In this document: positions 39,618-48,256 of the stretch, piece after piece
How the letters are laid out: each line of letters begins with the position of its first letter
How positions within the stretch are numbered: the first letter of the stretch is position 1
Origin: Candidatus Omnitrophota bacterium
GTDB lineage: Bacteria; Omnitrophota; Gorgyraeia; JAHJTE01
Length of the DNA stretch: 60,379 nt
NCBI GenBank assembly: GCA_040753675.1
Contig: JBFMEB010000010.1
Span: forward strand, 1 to 60,379
Direction: 5' to 3'
Translations under genes and position numbers: made by a program
Notes under the pieces: model-generated
What the model saw: the letters and a program-made list of their open reading frames with translations, nothing else
The model's database searches: none
What the model was told of the DNA's origin: nothing

Positions 39618-40433
39618 ATGAACATCGTTAAGGTCAATAATATTAAAATTGGTGCTGGTAAGTTAGTTTTGATTGCTGGGCCTTGTGTTATTGAAGAAGA
39701 GGATTTTACAATTCGCCATGCCAGACGCCTAAAGAAAATCGCTCATAAATATAAGATACCTCTAATTTTCAAATCAAGTTACGATAAAGCAAACCGTTCC
39801 TCGCTTAGTTCTTTTCGCGGCCCTGGGATAAAGAAGGGCTTAGGAATCCTAAAAAAAATAAAAGACGAATTAGGTATTCCTGTTTTAAGCGATGTACACT
39901 GCCGCACCCATTTGGAGGAGGCAGCATCGGTTTTAGATGTTATACAAATTCCAGCATTTTTATCCCGTCAGACAGATTTGATTTTGGCTGCTGCAGAAAC
40001 AGGCAAGGTGGTTAATATAAAAAAGGGCCAATTTTTAGCGCCATGGGACATTAAAGAGGTCATAAAGAAGGTCGAATCAATCTCTAATAGAAAAATTTTG
40101 ATTACGGAAAGGGGTAGCAGTTTCGGATATAATAATTTAGTCTTTGACTTAAGGAGCCTTTCCATTATCCGCAGCTATGGCTATCCGGTAATATTTGACG
40201 CAACGCATTCTGTTCAGCTTCCCGGCGCGCAAGGCAAGTCTTCAGGCGGAGAGAGGCAATATGTGGCGGGTTTTAGCCGCTCGGCAGTTGCCTTTGGCTG
40301 CGACGGACTTTTCTTGGAAGTCCATGAGAATCCCGATAAGGCGCCTTGCGACGGTCCGAATATGATAAATTTTGTTCAATTAGAAAATATTCTGAAAGAT
40401 GTTTTAAAAATAGAGGATGTTTTAAAGAAATAA
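39618..40433 (+). CDS. kdsA: 2-dehydro-3-deoxyphosphooctonate aldolase (Kdo8P synthase)
   Basis: IAGPCVIE, FKSSYDKANRSS, ITERG and FDATHSVQLPG motifs. Confidence 0.9.
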   Translation: MNIVKVNNIKIGAGKLVLIAGPCVIEEEDFTIRHARRLKKIAHKYKIPLIFKSSYDKANRSSLSSFRGPGIKKGLGILKKIKDELGIPVLSDVHCRTHLEEAASVLDVIQIPAFLSRQTDLILAAAETGKVVNIKKGQFLAPWDIKEVIKKVESISNRKILITERGSSFGYNNLVFDLRSLSIIRSYGYPVIFDATHSVQLPGAQGKSSGGERQYVAGFSRSAVAFGCDGLFLEVHENPDKAPCDGPNMINFVQLENILKDVLKIEDVLKK

Positions 40434-40435
40434 CT

Positions 40436-40545
40436 TCGAACGCAAATATACGCATATCGAACGCAGATGTTCGCAAATTACACGACTTAACTTCAAAAGA
40501 ATTATCTGCGGTAATCCGCGTTAGATTCGCGAAAATCCGCGTTAA
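40436..40545. repeat. CGAACGCA/TGCGTTCG-type word imperfect palindrome between kdsA and kdsD
   Basis: cgaacgcaaatatacgcatatcgaacgcagatgttcgcaaattacacg .. atctgcggtaatccgcgttagattcgcgaaaatccgcgttaagg. Confidence 0.7.
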
Positions 40546-40557
40546 GGATTAATTAAT

Positions 40558-41517
40558 ATGAGTATAAAAAGAGCAAAGCAGGTATTAAAGATTGAATCTG
40601 AGGCAATAACCCAACTTATTCGCCGGTTAGATAGGAATTTTTTAAAGGCTTTAGAACTTCTTCACAAATGCAAAGGCAGGGTTGTGGTTACTGGAATGGG
40701 TAAAGCAGGTATAATCGGCCAGAAGATTTCCGCTACACTGTCTTCTACCGGAACTCCCAGTCTTTGGTTACATTCTGCTGAAGCAAGTCATGGCGATTTA
40801 GGCAGGGTAACAAAAGATGACTGCATCTTAGCACTTTCTAATAGTGGGGAGACTGAGGAAGTTAAGAATTATTTACCTATTATTAAAAAGATAGGCGCAA
40901 AATTAATTTCGATTACTGGTAATACCAAGAGCACATTAGCGAAGTTTTCAGACGTTGTCTTGGATGTAAGCGTTAAACGCGAGGCTTGCCCCTTAGGACT
41001 TGCGCCAACTGCATCGACAACTGCAATGCTTGCTTTGGGTGATGCATTAGCAATTTGTCTTTTGGAAAAGAAGAGTTTTAAGGAAAGAGATTTTGCTTTT
41101 TATCATCCTGGGGGCGCGTTAGGTAAAAGATTATTGCTTACAGTTGGCGATATTATGCGAAAAGGCAAAGCCTCTCCAGTCGTAAATGAGAATATGCTTG
41201 TTTCCAAAGTCCTTTTTGCTATCACAGAAGCGCGGGCTGGCTCAGCATCTATCGTAGACAAAAGAGGTAAATTAGTAGGGATTTTTACTGACGGAGATTT
41301 ACGCCGACATTTTGGAAAAGACCCTAATTTGCCTAAGCGCAGAATTAAAGAAGTAATGACTAAAAACCCGAGGGTTATTGCTAAAGATTGCTTGGCAACT
41401 GAGGCATTACACATATTAGAAGAGAAAAAGATTGACGAGCTTCCGGTGGTGGATAAAAAAGGCAGACCAATTGGACTACTTGATGTTCAGGATGTTTTAA
41501 AAGCAGGCATTGTTTAG
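40558..41517 (+). CDS. kdsD: arabinose-5-phosphate isomerase (SIS plus tandem CBS)
   Basis: VVVTGMGKAGIIGQKISATL, SNSGETEE, and a C-terminal CBS pair. Confidence 0.9.
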   Translation: MSIKRAKQVLKIESEAITQLIRRLDRNFLKALELLHKCKGRVVVTGMGKAGIIGQKISATLSSTGTPSLWLHSAEASHGDLGRVTKDDCILALSNSGETEEVKNYLPIIKKIGAKLISITGNTKSTLAKFSDVVLDVSVKREACPLGLAPTASTTAMLALGDALAICLLEKKSFKERDFAFYHPGGALGKRLLLTVGDIMRKGKASPVVNENMLVSKVLFAITEARAGSASIVDKRGKLVGIFTDGDLRRHFGKDPNLPKRRIKEVMTKNPRVIAKDCLATEALHILEEKKIDELPVVDKKGRPIGLLDVQDVLKAGIV

Positions 41518-41545
41518 TTAAAAATAAATATATAAAAAGATTTTT

Positions 41546-41941
41546 ATGAGACAGATAATTGCGATTTTAGTCGGATTTTTACTGATTTTTATCATAAATA
41601 ATTATTCATTTGCTGAAACGCGCGCTCATCCTTATTCAGAAGAGTTTCTGCTTAATTGCGCAAATTTTATTTTCATAGGTAAGGTTACTGAGGTTGAAGT
41701 ATTCCAACGCCAGCATCGGTCAGTACCAAAAAAAGCACAGGTAATATTGAATATAAAAGGTGAATTAAAACCGGGTGGGATTATTGATATGATTCCAAAA
41801 CATCCTGGTGGATATGTATATTTTATTGAGGAATTTGATCAAGGTAAGATTGGAGATGTTGGCATTTTTTATATTGGCTCTGACATACATGGCCCCGAGG
41901 TTCTAATTAAATACAAAAAAATCCCTTCGGATTGGAAGTAG
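41546..41941 (+). CDS. hypothetical secreted protein, paralog 1
   Basis: 131 aa with a signal-like N-terminus. Shares the FAE-RA-P-S-EFLL .. IF-GKV .. KA-V-L-IKG-L .. D-G-IGD-GIFY .. KYKK pattern with the next ORF. Confidence 0.6.
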   Translation: MRQIIAILVGFLLIFIINNYSFAETRAHPYSEEFLLNCANFIFIGKVTEVEVFQRQHRSVPKKAQVILNIKGELKPGGIIDMIPKHPGGYVYFIEEFDQGKIGDVGIFYIGSDIHGPEVLIKYKKIPSDWK

Positions 41942-41972
41942 AGAGAATTAGAAAAGCATAAAAACGTATAAA

Positions 41973-42362
41973 ATGAAGCAAATATTAGTTATAGTATTCG
42001 GTCTTTTTTTATGTTTAGAAATAAATAGTTATATATTTGCCGAAGAGCGAGCTTTTCCTCATTCTAATGAGTTTCTTCTAAAGGATATGTCTTTAATCTT
42101 TGTAGGAAAGGTGCAAAAAATCTATGTATGCCAACAGGAAAAAAGCATCCCAGAAAAAGCTGAAGTCTTGCTAAGCATCAAAGGAGATTTAGGAAAGGAT
42201 GCTATCATAGATATTCAGCCATATCCTAAATGTAATTATTTTGAAGAAGAGTTAGACCAACCTAAAGTGGGAGATATTGGGATTTTCTATGTAAAGCAAG
42301 ATGGATATGGACAGAAAATATTATTTAAATATAAAAAGTTAAATTTAAAATCAATAAGATGA
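41973..42362 (+). CDS. hypothetical secreted protein, paralog 2
   Basis: 129 aa, colinear with 41546-41941 at roughly 35-40% identity by eye. Confidence 0.6.
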   Translation: MKQILVIVFGLFLCLEINSYIFAEERAFPHSNEFLLKDMSLIFVGKVQKIYVCQQEKSIPEKAEVLLSIKGDLGKDAIIDIQPYPKCNYFEEELDQPKVGDIGIFYVKQDGYGQKILFKYKKLNLKSIR

Positions 42363-42880
42363 ATTCGATTAAACAAAAAGCAAAGAGAATTAAACTTTTG
42401 ATGTTAGATGTGGATGGCGTCCTTACTGATGGAAGGATAATCTATGACAGCCAGGGAAATGATTCAAAATTTTTTGATGTCCATGACGGCTTAGGCGTAT
42501 ATCTATTGAGTCTTATGGGAATAAAAACAATTTTAGTTACAGCCAGAGGTTCAAAAGTCATTGGTCCTAGAGCCAAAGATATGCGGGTTGCTGCGGTTTA
42601 TAAGGATATTTTCCCAAAATCAAAGGTTCTGGAATTGGTAAAAAAAAGATTTAATATAAAACAAGAGTCAATTTGTTTTGTAGGCGATGATTTGGTTGAT
42701 TATTCAATAATGAAGAGGTGCGGCCTATCTATAGCTGTCTCAAATGCCTGTAAAGATATCAAGACAATAGCTCATTATGTTACTAAAAAACCAGGCGGCC
42801 GAGGAGCAGTAAGAGAGGTTGCTGAAATTTTGCTTAAAAGCCAGAATAAATGGAAAAAGGCTTTAGAAATTTATGAATAA
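42359..42880 (+). CDS. kdsC: Kdo-8-phosphate phosphatase (HAD-IIIA)
   Basis: LLMLDVDGVLTDGRIIY and VGDDLVD motifs. Confidence 0.9.
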   Translation: MNSIKQKAKRIKLLMLDVDGVLTDGRIIYDSQGNDSKFFDVHDGLGVYLLSLMGIKTILVTARGSKVIGPRAKDMRVAAVYKDIFPKSKVLELVKKRFNIKQESICFVGDDLVDYSIMKRCGLSIAVSNACKDIKTIAHYVTKKPGGRGAVREVAEILLKSQNKWKKALEIYE

Positions 42881-43724
42881 AACGAAGATGTTTGCTTTTT
42901 TTATATTATGTCTATTCGCATTTAATTCTCCTGTTATCTTTGGGCAAGATAATTCGGTTGACCAGGAGATGCACGAATTTCGGCTTTCCAGCTTTTCGGA
43001 GAAAGGTAAGAAAGGATGGGAAGTTAAAGGCAGTTGCGCCAACATATTTTCTGATACTGTTTTCTTGGATGATATAATTGCGAATATGTACGGCGATACA
43101 GATTCGCTGGTTTTGGTTGCTGACAAAGGTAGATATGATAAAAAGGACTCGAGAATTCATCTGGAAAAAGATGTTGTGGCTACTACTGCAAGCGGCGCCC
43201 GCCTGGTTACTGATTCCCTCGATTGGCTACAGAATCAACAATTGGTAAGGACCGACGATAACGTAGTCATTGATAAAGAAAATATGAAGACCACCGCTTG
43301 CGGATTGAGGGCAAAGCCTGATTTAAATAAAGTCAGATTGATTAAGGATGTCAAAGTCGACATTAACGAGCAAAAGCCGGATTCGGATTTAAAGAACCTT
43401 ACAACTATTACATGTAACGGCCCGTTAGAAATTGATTATAAAAAAGAGGTGGCGATTTTTAATAAGAATGTGGTAGTTAATAATATTGACGGCGAGATTT
43501 ATTCTGACCGGATGCTGGTTTATTTTGATTTTAAAAATAAAAAATTAGTGAAGATAATTGCGAGGGGCAATGTGAAAATCCTGAAAGACGGAAACACTTC
43601 TTATAGCAAAAAGGCAGTTTATTTACCCAATGAGAAAACATTGGTTTTAACCGGCAGGCCAAAAATTATTATATATTCAACAGAGTCAATGGGAGAATTA
43701 TTAGATGCTTCTTCTGGAAATTAA
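42873..43724 (+). CDS. LptC-like plus LptA/OstA-like periplasmic LPS-transport protein as a single polypeptide
   Basis: 283 aa with a signal/anchor. Beta-jellyroll-like repeats in both halves; the C-half ends LVLTGRPKI (OstA-N style). It occupies the lptC-lptA slot between kdsC and lptB. Confidence 0.6.
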   Translation: MNKTKMFAFFILCLFAFNSPVIFGQDNSVDQEMHEFRLSSFSEKGKKGWEVKGSCANIFSDTVFLDDIIANMYGDTDSLVLVADKGRYDKKDSRIHLEKDVVATTASGARLVTDSLDWLQNQQLVRTDDNVVIDKENMKTTACGLRAKPDLNKVRLIKDVKVDINEQKPDSDLKNLTTITCNGPLEIDYKKEVAIFNKNVVVNNIDGEIYSDRMLVYFDFKNKKLVKIIARGNVKILKDGNTSYSKKAVYLPNEKTLVLTGRPKIIIYSTESMGELLDASSGN

Positions 43725-44427
43725 AGAATTATCAAAATCATATGGTACTCACCTGGTGGTAAATGGAGTAAGCCTGACTGTGGGCCGCTCTGAAATTGTT
43801 GGACTCTTAGGTCCTAACGGCGCAGGCAAAACCACCACATTTTATATGGTTATGGGAATTGTCTCGCCGGATAAGGGCGAGATTCTTCTTGACCAGCAGG
43901 ACTTGTCGCGTATGCCTATACATAGACGTGCGCGTTGCGGCATGGCTTATTTATCGCAAGAACCATCGATTTTCAGGAAACTTTCAGTTAAAGAAAATAT
44001 CACTGCTATTTTAGAAACCGTCAAGATCCCTCGTCGAGAACGCAGGAAGAAACTCGAATATCTTTTGGAAGAGTTAAAGATTTCGCATTTGGCTGATAGA
44101 AAGGCGTATACCTTATCCGGTGGAGAAAGACGCCGCTTAGAGATAACCCGGGCTTTGGTTACCGACCCTTCTTTTATTCTTTTAGATGAGCCTTTTTCAG
44201 GCATTGACCCGATTGTGGTTGCTGAGGCGCAAGAATTGATTAAAGAATTAAAAGAGAAAGGACTGGGGATATTGCTTACTGACCACAATGTCCGCGAGAC
44301 TCTCTCTATCACTGACCGTGCGTATCTTATTAATGAAGGCAGAGTTCTTATCTCAGGTAAGGCGCAGGATTTAATAGAAAACGAGCAGGCGAGAAAAGTT
44401 TATCTGGGTGAGAAATTTCGCATGTAA
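43705..44427 (+). CDS. lptB: LPS export ABC transporter ATP-binding protein
   Basis: GPNGAGKTT, LSGGERRRLEI and ILLDEPFSGIDP motifs. Confidence 0.9.
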   Translation: MLLLEIKELSKSYGTHLVVNGVSLTVGRSEIVGLLGPNGAGKTTTFYMVMGIVSPDKGEILLDQQDLSRMPIHRRARCGMAYLSQEPSIFRKLSVKENITAILETVKIPRRERRKKLEYLLEELKISHLADRKAYTLSGGERRRLEITRALVTDPSFILLDEPFSGIDPIVVAEAQELIKELKEKGLGILLTDHNVRETLSITDRAYLINEGRVLISGKAQDLIENEQARKVYLGEKFRM

Positions 44428-44435
44428 ATGAGGAC

Positions 44436-44504
44436 ATAAGTTACGACAGCGTTAGCAACGTAACTTATTTGTCCGAATTTATCCGCCAACGTTTTGTGGC
44501 GGAT
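44436..44504 (+). terminator. two tandem hairpins after lptB
   Basis: ATAAGTTACG 44436-44445 / CGTAACTTAT 44459-44468, and ATCCGCCA 44481-44488 / TGGCGGAT 44497-44504. The T-tracts are weak. Confidence 0.4.
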
Positions 44505-44524
44505 GAAAATTTTGAATAATATTT

Positions 44525-45403
44525 ATGAAAATCGACATTAAAAAAATTGACGCTTGTGTTAGGGAATTAAACATAGAAGTTCCCCCTGAGACAGTTAAGA
44601 CTAAACTCGATGAGATTTATGAAAAAATGTCTAAGACAGCCAAAATTCCAGGTTTTAGGCCGGGGGCAATACCACGTAATATATTAGAGGAGCGTCACGG
44701 AAAATTGGCGCAGGAAGAGTTAGTTAGGACTTTGGTGCCGGAAGTTTACGAGAAGAGTATGGATGAGCAGGGTTTGGTGGCTTGCGCTGGCGCAGACATT
44801 TCTGATGTGTCATTAGAGAATAATGTGCTTAAATTTAAAGCCAAAGTAGAAGTTAAGCCAGAGATTACATTGAAAAAATATAAGGCAATTTCAATTAAAA
44901 GAAAAGAGCCGCAGGTAAAAGAAGAGGATATCGCAAAGCAGATTGAGGCTTTGGCAAAAGAGAGAGACCGCAAAGGCGATTTAACTGATAATTTTGCTAA
45001 AAGTTTAGGATACAAAAGTCTTGAAGAATTAAAAGAGACTTTAAGAAAGCAAAACTTCTTGCATTCGCAAGAAGAATCATATCAAGATGCTTTAAATCAA
45101 GTATTAGATGAGCTTATTAAAGATAATCCTATCAATGTCCCGCCTAGTTTAGTAAAGCAGCAATTAGAAAGACGTATACAGGAAGCAAAGTATAGGATGC
45201 GGACTTACGGTGCTAAGGAAGAAGAAGTGCAATTAAAGATTAAGGAGATAACAAGTCAGATGGAGAAAGCCTGCGAGCGCGAAGTGAGGATATTTTTGTT
45301 GCTTGAAGAGATTGCTAAAAAAGAGAATATAAAAGTAGAGGATGAATCAAAACTGACACAAAGGGCTATTGAGTTTTTGCTTGAGCACGCAGAGTGGAGT
45401 TAG
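44525..45403 (+). CDS. tig: trigger factor lacking the PPIase (FKBP) domain
   Basis: N-domain with the ribosome-binding signature GFRPGAIP. The sequence passes from QIEALAKERDRK directly to LTDNFAKSLGYKSLEELKETLRK, the start of the C-terminal arm. 292 aa, versus about 430 for canonical TF. Confidence 0.7.
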   Translation: MKIDIKKIDACVRELNIEVPPETVKTKLDEIYEKMSKTAKIPGFRPGAIPRNILEERHGKLAQEELVRTLVPEVYEKSMDEQGLVACAGADISDVSLENNVLKFKAKVEVKPEITLKKYKAISIKRKEPQVKEEDIAKQIEALAKERDRKGDLTDNFAKSLGYKSLEELKETLRKQNFLHSQEESYQDALNQVLDELIKDNPINVPPSLVKQQLERRIQEAKYRMRTYGAKEEEVQLKIKEITSQMEKACEREVRIFLLLEEIAKKENIKVEDESKLTQRAIEFLLEHAEWS

Positions 45404-45432
45404 CAGCTGAAGTAGCTGAGAAGGAAGCTGTT

Positions 45433-45846
45433 ATGAATAATAGAGGCTTAACTGGTCAGAAAATTTTTGCAATCTTATTTTTTCTCATTTCTATTTTGGG
45501 ATTTGGAACTTTAATATTGAACTTATTACATACTGATTTCCGTGCTGAAAGATATTTTGGTCACTGGGATCAATATTTGGGTTTTTTGGCCTCTTTTCTT
45601 ATTAATTTAGTTTTTCTAATCACTGCTATTAATCTATGGCAATCAACAAAGAAAGCAAGATCAATAGCAATTAGCGCCTCTGTAGTTTTATTCTTTTTTG
45701 GAATTTTGGCAGTAATGATTATAGCTGGTAATGCTGCTACAATGGGTCATAATGTTTCTGGAAGTGTTATTTTTTCTTCCATTATAATTTTAGGGCCAAT
45801 TTCTTTATTAATTTATTATTTTGTTCGCAAGAAAAAGGTGGATTAG
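45433..45846 (+). CDS. hypothetical integral membrane protein (about 4 TM)
   Basis: ATG 45433 preceded by AAGGAAG. Hydrophobic throughout. The track ORF starts at GTG 45394. Confidence 0.5.
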   Translation: MNNRGLTGQKIFAILFFLISILGFGTLILNLLHTDFRAERYFGHWDQYLGFLASFLINLVFLITAINLWQSTKKARSIAISASVVLFFFGILAVMIIAGNAATMGHNVSGSVIFSSIIILGPISLLIYYFVRKKKVD

Positions 45847-45878
45847 TTGACGCTAAAGGTGGACGCGTCAATTTTCCC

Positions 45879-45907
45879 TTGACATAGTTCATCACTTATG
45901 ATACACT
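45879..45907 (+). promoter_or_regulatory. sigma70-like promoter of the TA pair, TTGACA-17 nt-TACACT
   Basis: -35 at 45879-45884 and -10 at 45902-45907. Preceded by the inverted repeat TTGACGC 45847-45853 / GCGTCAA 45865-45871, which could be a terminator or an operator. Confidence 0.5.
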
Positions 45908-45926
45908 TTTATTGGAGGTGAAAAGT

Positions 45927-46154
45927 ATGTCTACCAAAAATCCACGTTTAAATGTTGTTTTAGAGGCCCCTTTATACTTAGCTATTCAGCGCATGGCTCG
46001 CAAGGATGGTGTTTCGTTGTCTTTGAAGGCAAGAGATTTAATTCGCGAGGCAATTGAATCTTACGAAGATGCTTACTGGTTGAAGGTTGCCCAGTTACGT
46101 GAAAAAACTCTCCATAAAAAGAGTGCTTTAAACCACAAACAAATTTGGTCATAA
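45927..46154 (+). CDS. ribbon-helix-helix antitoxin
   Basis: ATG 45927 with GGAGGTG upstream. RLNVVLEAPLYLAIQRMARKDGVSLSLKARDLIREAI fits an RHH fold. The stop abuts the toxin ATG. Confidence 0.65.
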   Translation: MSTKNPRLNVVLEAPLYLAIQRMARKDGVSLSLKARDLIREAIESYEDAYWLKVAQLREKTLHKKSALNHKQIWS

Positions 46155-46451
46155 ATGGAATACGAATTAGTCTACCATCCTGATATCTTAAAATATGACT
46201 TGCCAAAAATTCCTCAAAACATAAAGGTAACAATAAAACGGGCGATAGAAGAACGCCTACTCAATGATCCAATCGCAGTTGGTAGTCCCTTACGTCAAAG
46301 CTTGAAGGGATATCGAAAACTACGCGTTGGCGATTATCGAGTTATCTATAAAATACAAGGAAAATTAATAATGATTTTGAAAATTGGACATAGGAAAGAA
46401 GTTTATACTAAGGTATTCGTTAGGTTAGGTTGGTCGCACCACCATAATTAA
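46155..46451 (+). CDS. RelE/ParE-superfamily toxin
   Basis: 98 aa. [23 protein letters not shown] is typical of RelE/StbE-type toxins. Confidence 0.7.
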   Translation: MEYELVYHPDILKYDLPKIPQNIKVTIKRAIEERLLNDPIAVGSPLRQSLKGYRKLRVGDYRVIYKIQGKLIMILKIGHRKEVYTKVFVRLGWSHHHN

Positions 46452-46465
46452 AACAGGAGGGTTAC

Positions 46466-47068
46466 ATGGATGAGAAAATGCAGACATTAATTCCTATGGT
46501 TGTTGAAACTACCGGTAGGGTAGAACGGGCTTATGATATTTATTCTCGGCTTCTAAAGGACAGGATAATTTTTATCGGCACTCCTATCAGCGACCACGTT
46601 TCAAATCTCATCATTGCCCAGATGTTATTTTTACAGATGGAAGATGTGAATAAAGAGATAAACCTTTATATCAATTGTCCGGGTGGTTCTGTTACTGCTG
46701 GTTTAGCTGTATATGACACAATGCAGTTTATTAAGCCGGATGTGGCCACTTATTGCGTGGGTCAAGCCACCAGCATGGCAGCATTGTTGCTTGCAGCAGG
46801 AACAAAAGGTAAACGCTATGCCCTTCCTCATGCACGCGTTATGATACATCAACCGTGGGGCGGCGTAGAAGGACAGGCAAGCGATATACAGTTACAGGCA
46901 AAGGAAATTTTACGCTTAAAAGATAAACTTAATGAGGTACTTGCCTATCATACTGGCCAGCCTTTAGAGAAAATCGTTAAAGATTCTGACAGAGATTTCT
47001 TTATGTCTGCTACCGAGGCAAAGGCATACGGCTTGGTTGATGAGGTTATTGAGCAAAAGAAAAAATAA
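46466..47068 (+). CDS. clpP: ATP-dependent Clp protease proteolytic subunit
   Basis: [25 protein letters not shown] (Ser) and MIHQP (His) motifs. Confidence 0.95.
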   Translation: MDEKMQTLIPMVVETTGRVERAYDIYSRLLKDRIIFIGTPISDHVSNLIIAQMLFLQMEDVNKEINLYINCPGGSVTAGLAVYDTMQFIKPDVATYCVGQATSMAALLLAAGTKGKRYALPHARVMIHQPWGGVEGQASDIQLQAKEILRLKDKLNEVLAYHTGQPLEKIVKDSDRDFFMSATEAKAYGLVDEVIEQKKK

Positions 47069-47095
47069 ACCGACAAAATAAAGGAGCATGGCCAA

Positions 47096-48235
47096 ATGGA
47101 CAAGAATTATCTTCTCACTCCCGGCCCAACACCCTTGCCCGACGAGGTAAGAAAGGCATTGTCGAAACAGATTATCCATCACCGCACTCCTCAATTTCAG
47201 GAAATTTTAAAAGAATGTACGCAAGGCCTAAAAGAAGTTTTTAAGACAAATAATGATGTGTTTATCTTGGCTTCTTCAGGAACAGGGGCTATGGAGGCGG
47301 CAGTAGTAAATTTATTATCAAAAGAAGATAGCGCCATCTGCGTGCAGGCAGGAAAATTCGGTGAACGCTGGACAGAGATCTGTAAGGCATATGGTGTTGA
47401 GACTTTAGTTTTAGACGTAGAATGGGGCTATGCAGTAAATCCTAAACTAATAGAAGAAAAGTTAAAGGCAAATAATACTATAAAAGCAGTATTTATAACC
47501 CTCTGCGAGACTTCAACTGCAGCCGCAACAGATGTTAAGGCAATTGCGACAGTTGTGAAAAATTATCAGGCGGCTCTGGTAGTAGATGCTATTAGCGGTT
47601 TAGCAGCTGTTGATTTGGATACAGATGGCTGGGGTGTGGACGTAGTTGTTGTCGGCTCGCAAAAAGGTTTTATGCTCCCTCCGGGCTTGGCATTTATCAG
47701 TATGAGCGCTAAGGCGCTCAAATTAATGGAGCAGGCTAAATTGCCGCGTTATTATTTTGATTTACGCCAAGCAAAGAAAGCCCTGGCTAAGACTGACACT
47801 CCTTTTACTCCAGCAGTTTCATTAGTTATCGCTTTAAAAGAGGCATTGGCGATGATAAAGAAGGAGGGTCTGGCTAATCGCTTCGTCCGATTTTCTCTCT
47901 ATGCAAAAGCTACGCGTGAGGCAGCAAAAGCAATCGGCCTTACAATTTTTGCGCAGGATTTATCTGATGCAGTAACCGCAATAAATGTTCCGGCAAATAT
48001 CGACGGAGAAAAGTTAGTTAAGACTATGCGAGACACCTATGGCGTGGGAATTGCCGGAGGCCAAGCCCAATTAAAAGGCAAGGTCATACGTATTGCCCAT
48101 ATGGGATACATTAGCGCCAAAGACACTATCGCAGCAATCGAGTGCCTGGAAAAGGTTTTAAGTGAAATGGGCTATAAATTCTCTGTCGGTGCAGGCGCAA
48201 AAGCTGCAAAAGCCATCTTAAAAGACGCAAAATAG
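47096..48235 (+). CDS. class V aminotransferase (serine-pyruvate / alanine-glyoxylate / phosphoserine type)
   Basis: LLTPGPTPLP start and GSQKGFMLPPGLAF (PLP-Lys region). Confidence 0.7.
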   Translation: MDKNYLLTPGPTPLPDEVRKALSKQIIHHRTPQFQEILKECTQGLKEVFKTNNDVFILASSGTGAMEAAVVNLLSKEDSAICVQAGKFGERWTEICKAYGVETLVLDVEWGYAVNPKLIEEKLKANNTIKAVFITLCETSTAAATDVKAIATVVKNYQAALVVDAISGLAAVDLDTDGWGVDVVVVGSQKGFMLPPGLAFISMSAKALKLMEQAKLPRYYFDLRQAKKALAKTDTPFTPAVSLVIALKEALAMIKKEGLANRFVRFSLYAKATREAAKAIGLTIFAQDLSDAVTAINVPANIDGEKLVKTMRDTYGVGIAGGQAQLKGKVIRIAHMGYISAKDTIAAIECLEKVLSEMGYKFSVGAGAKAAKAILKDAK

Positions 48236-48256
48236 TAAGAAGTCGTTTTTCCTTCC

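Noticed and set aside
40346-40552. Alternative-frame + strand ORFs (10144-10335, 39213-39464, 40346-40552, 42892-43077)
   Set aside because: They overlap well-supported genes (pfkA, kdsB, kdsA, the lptC/A-like gene) in other frames or run into a repeat element. No motifs and no independent initiation signals were found.
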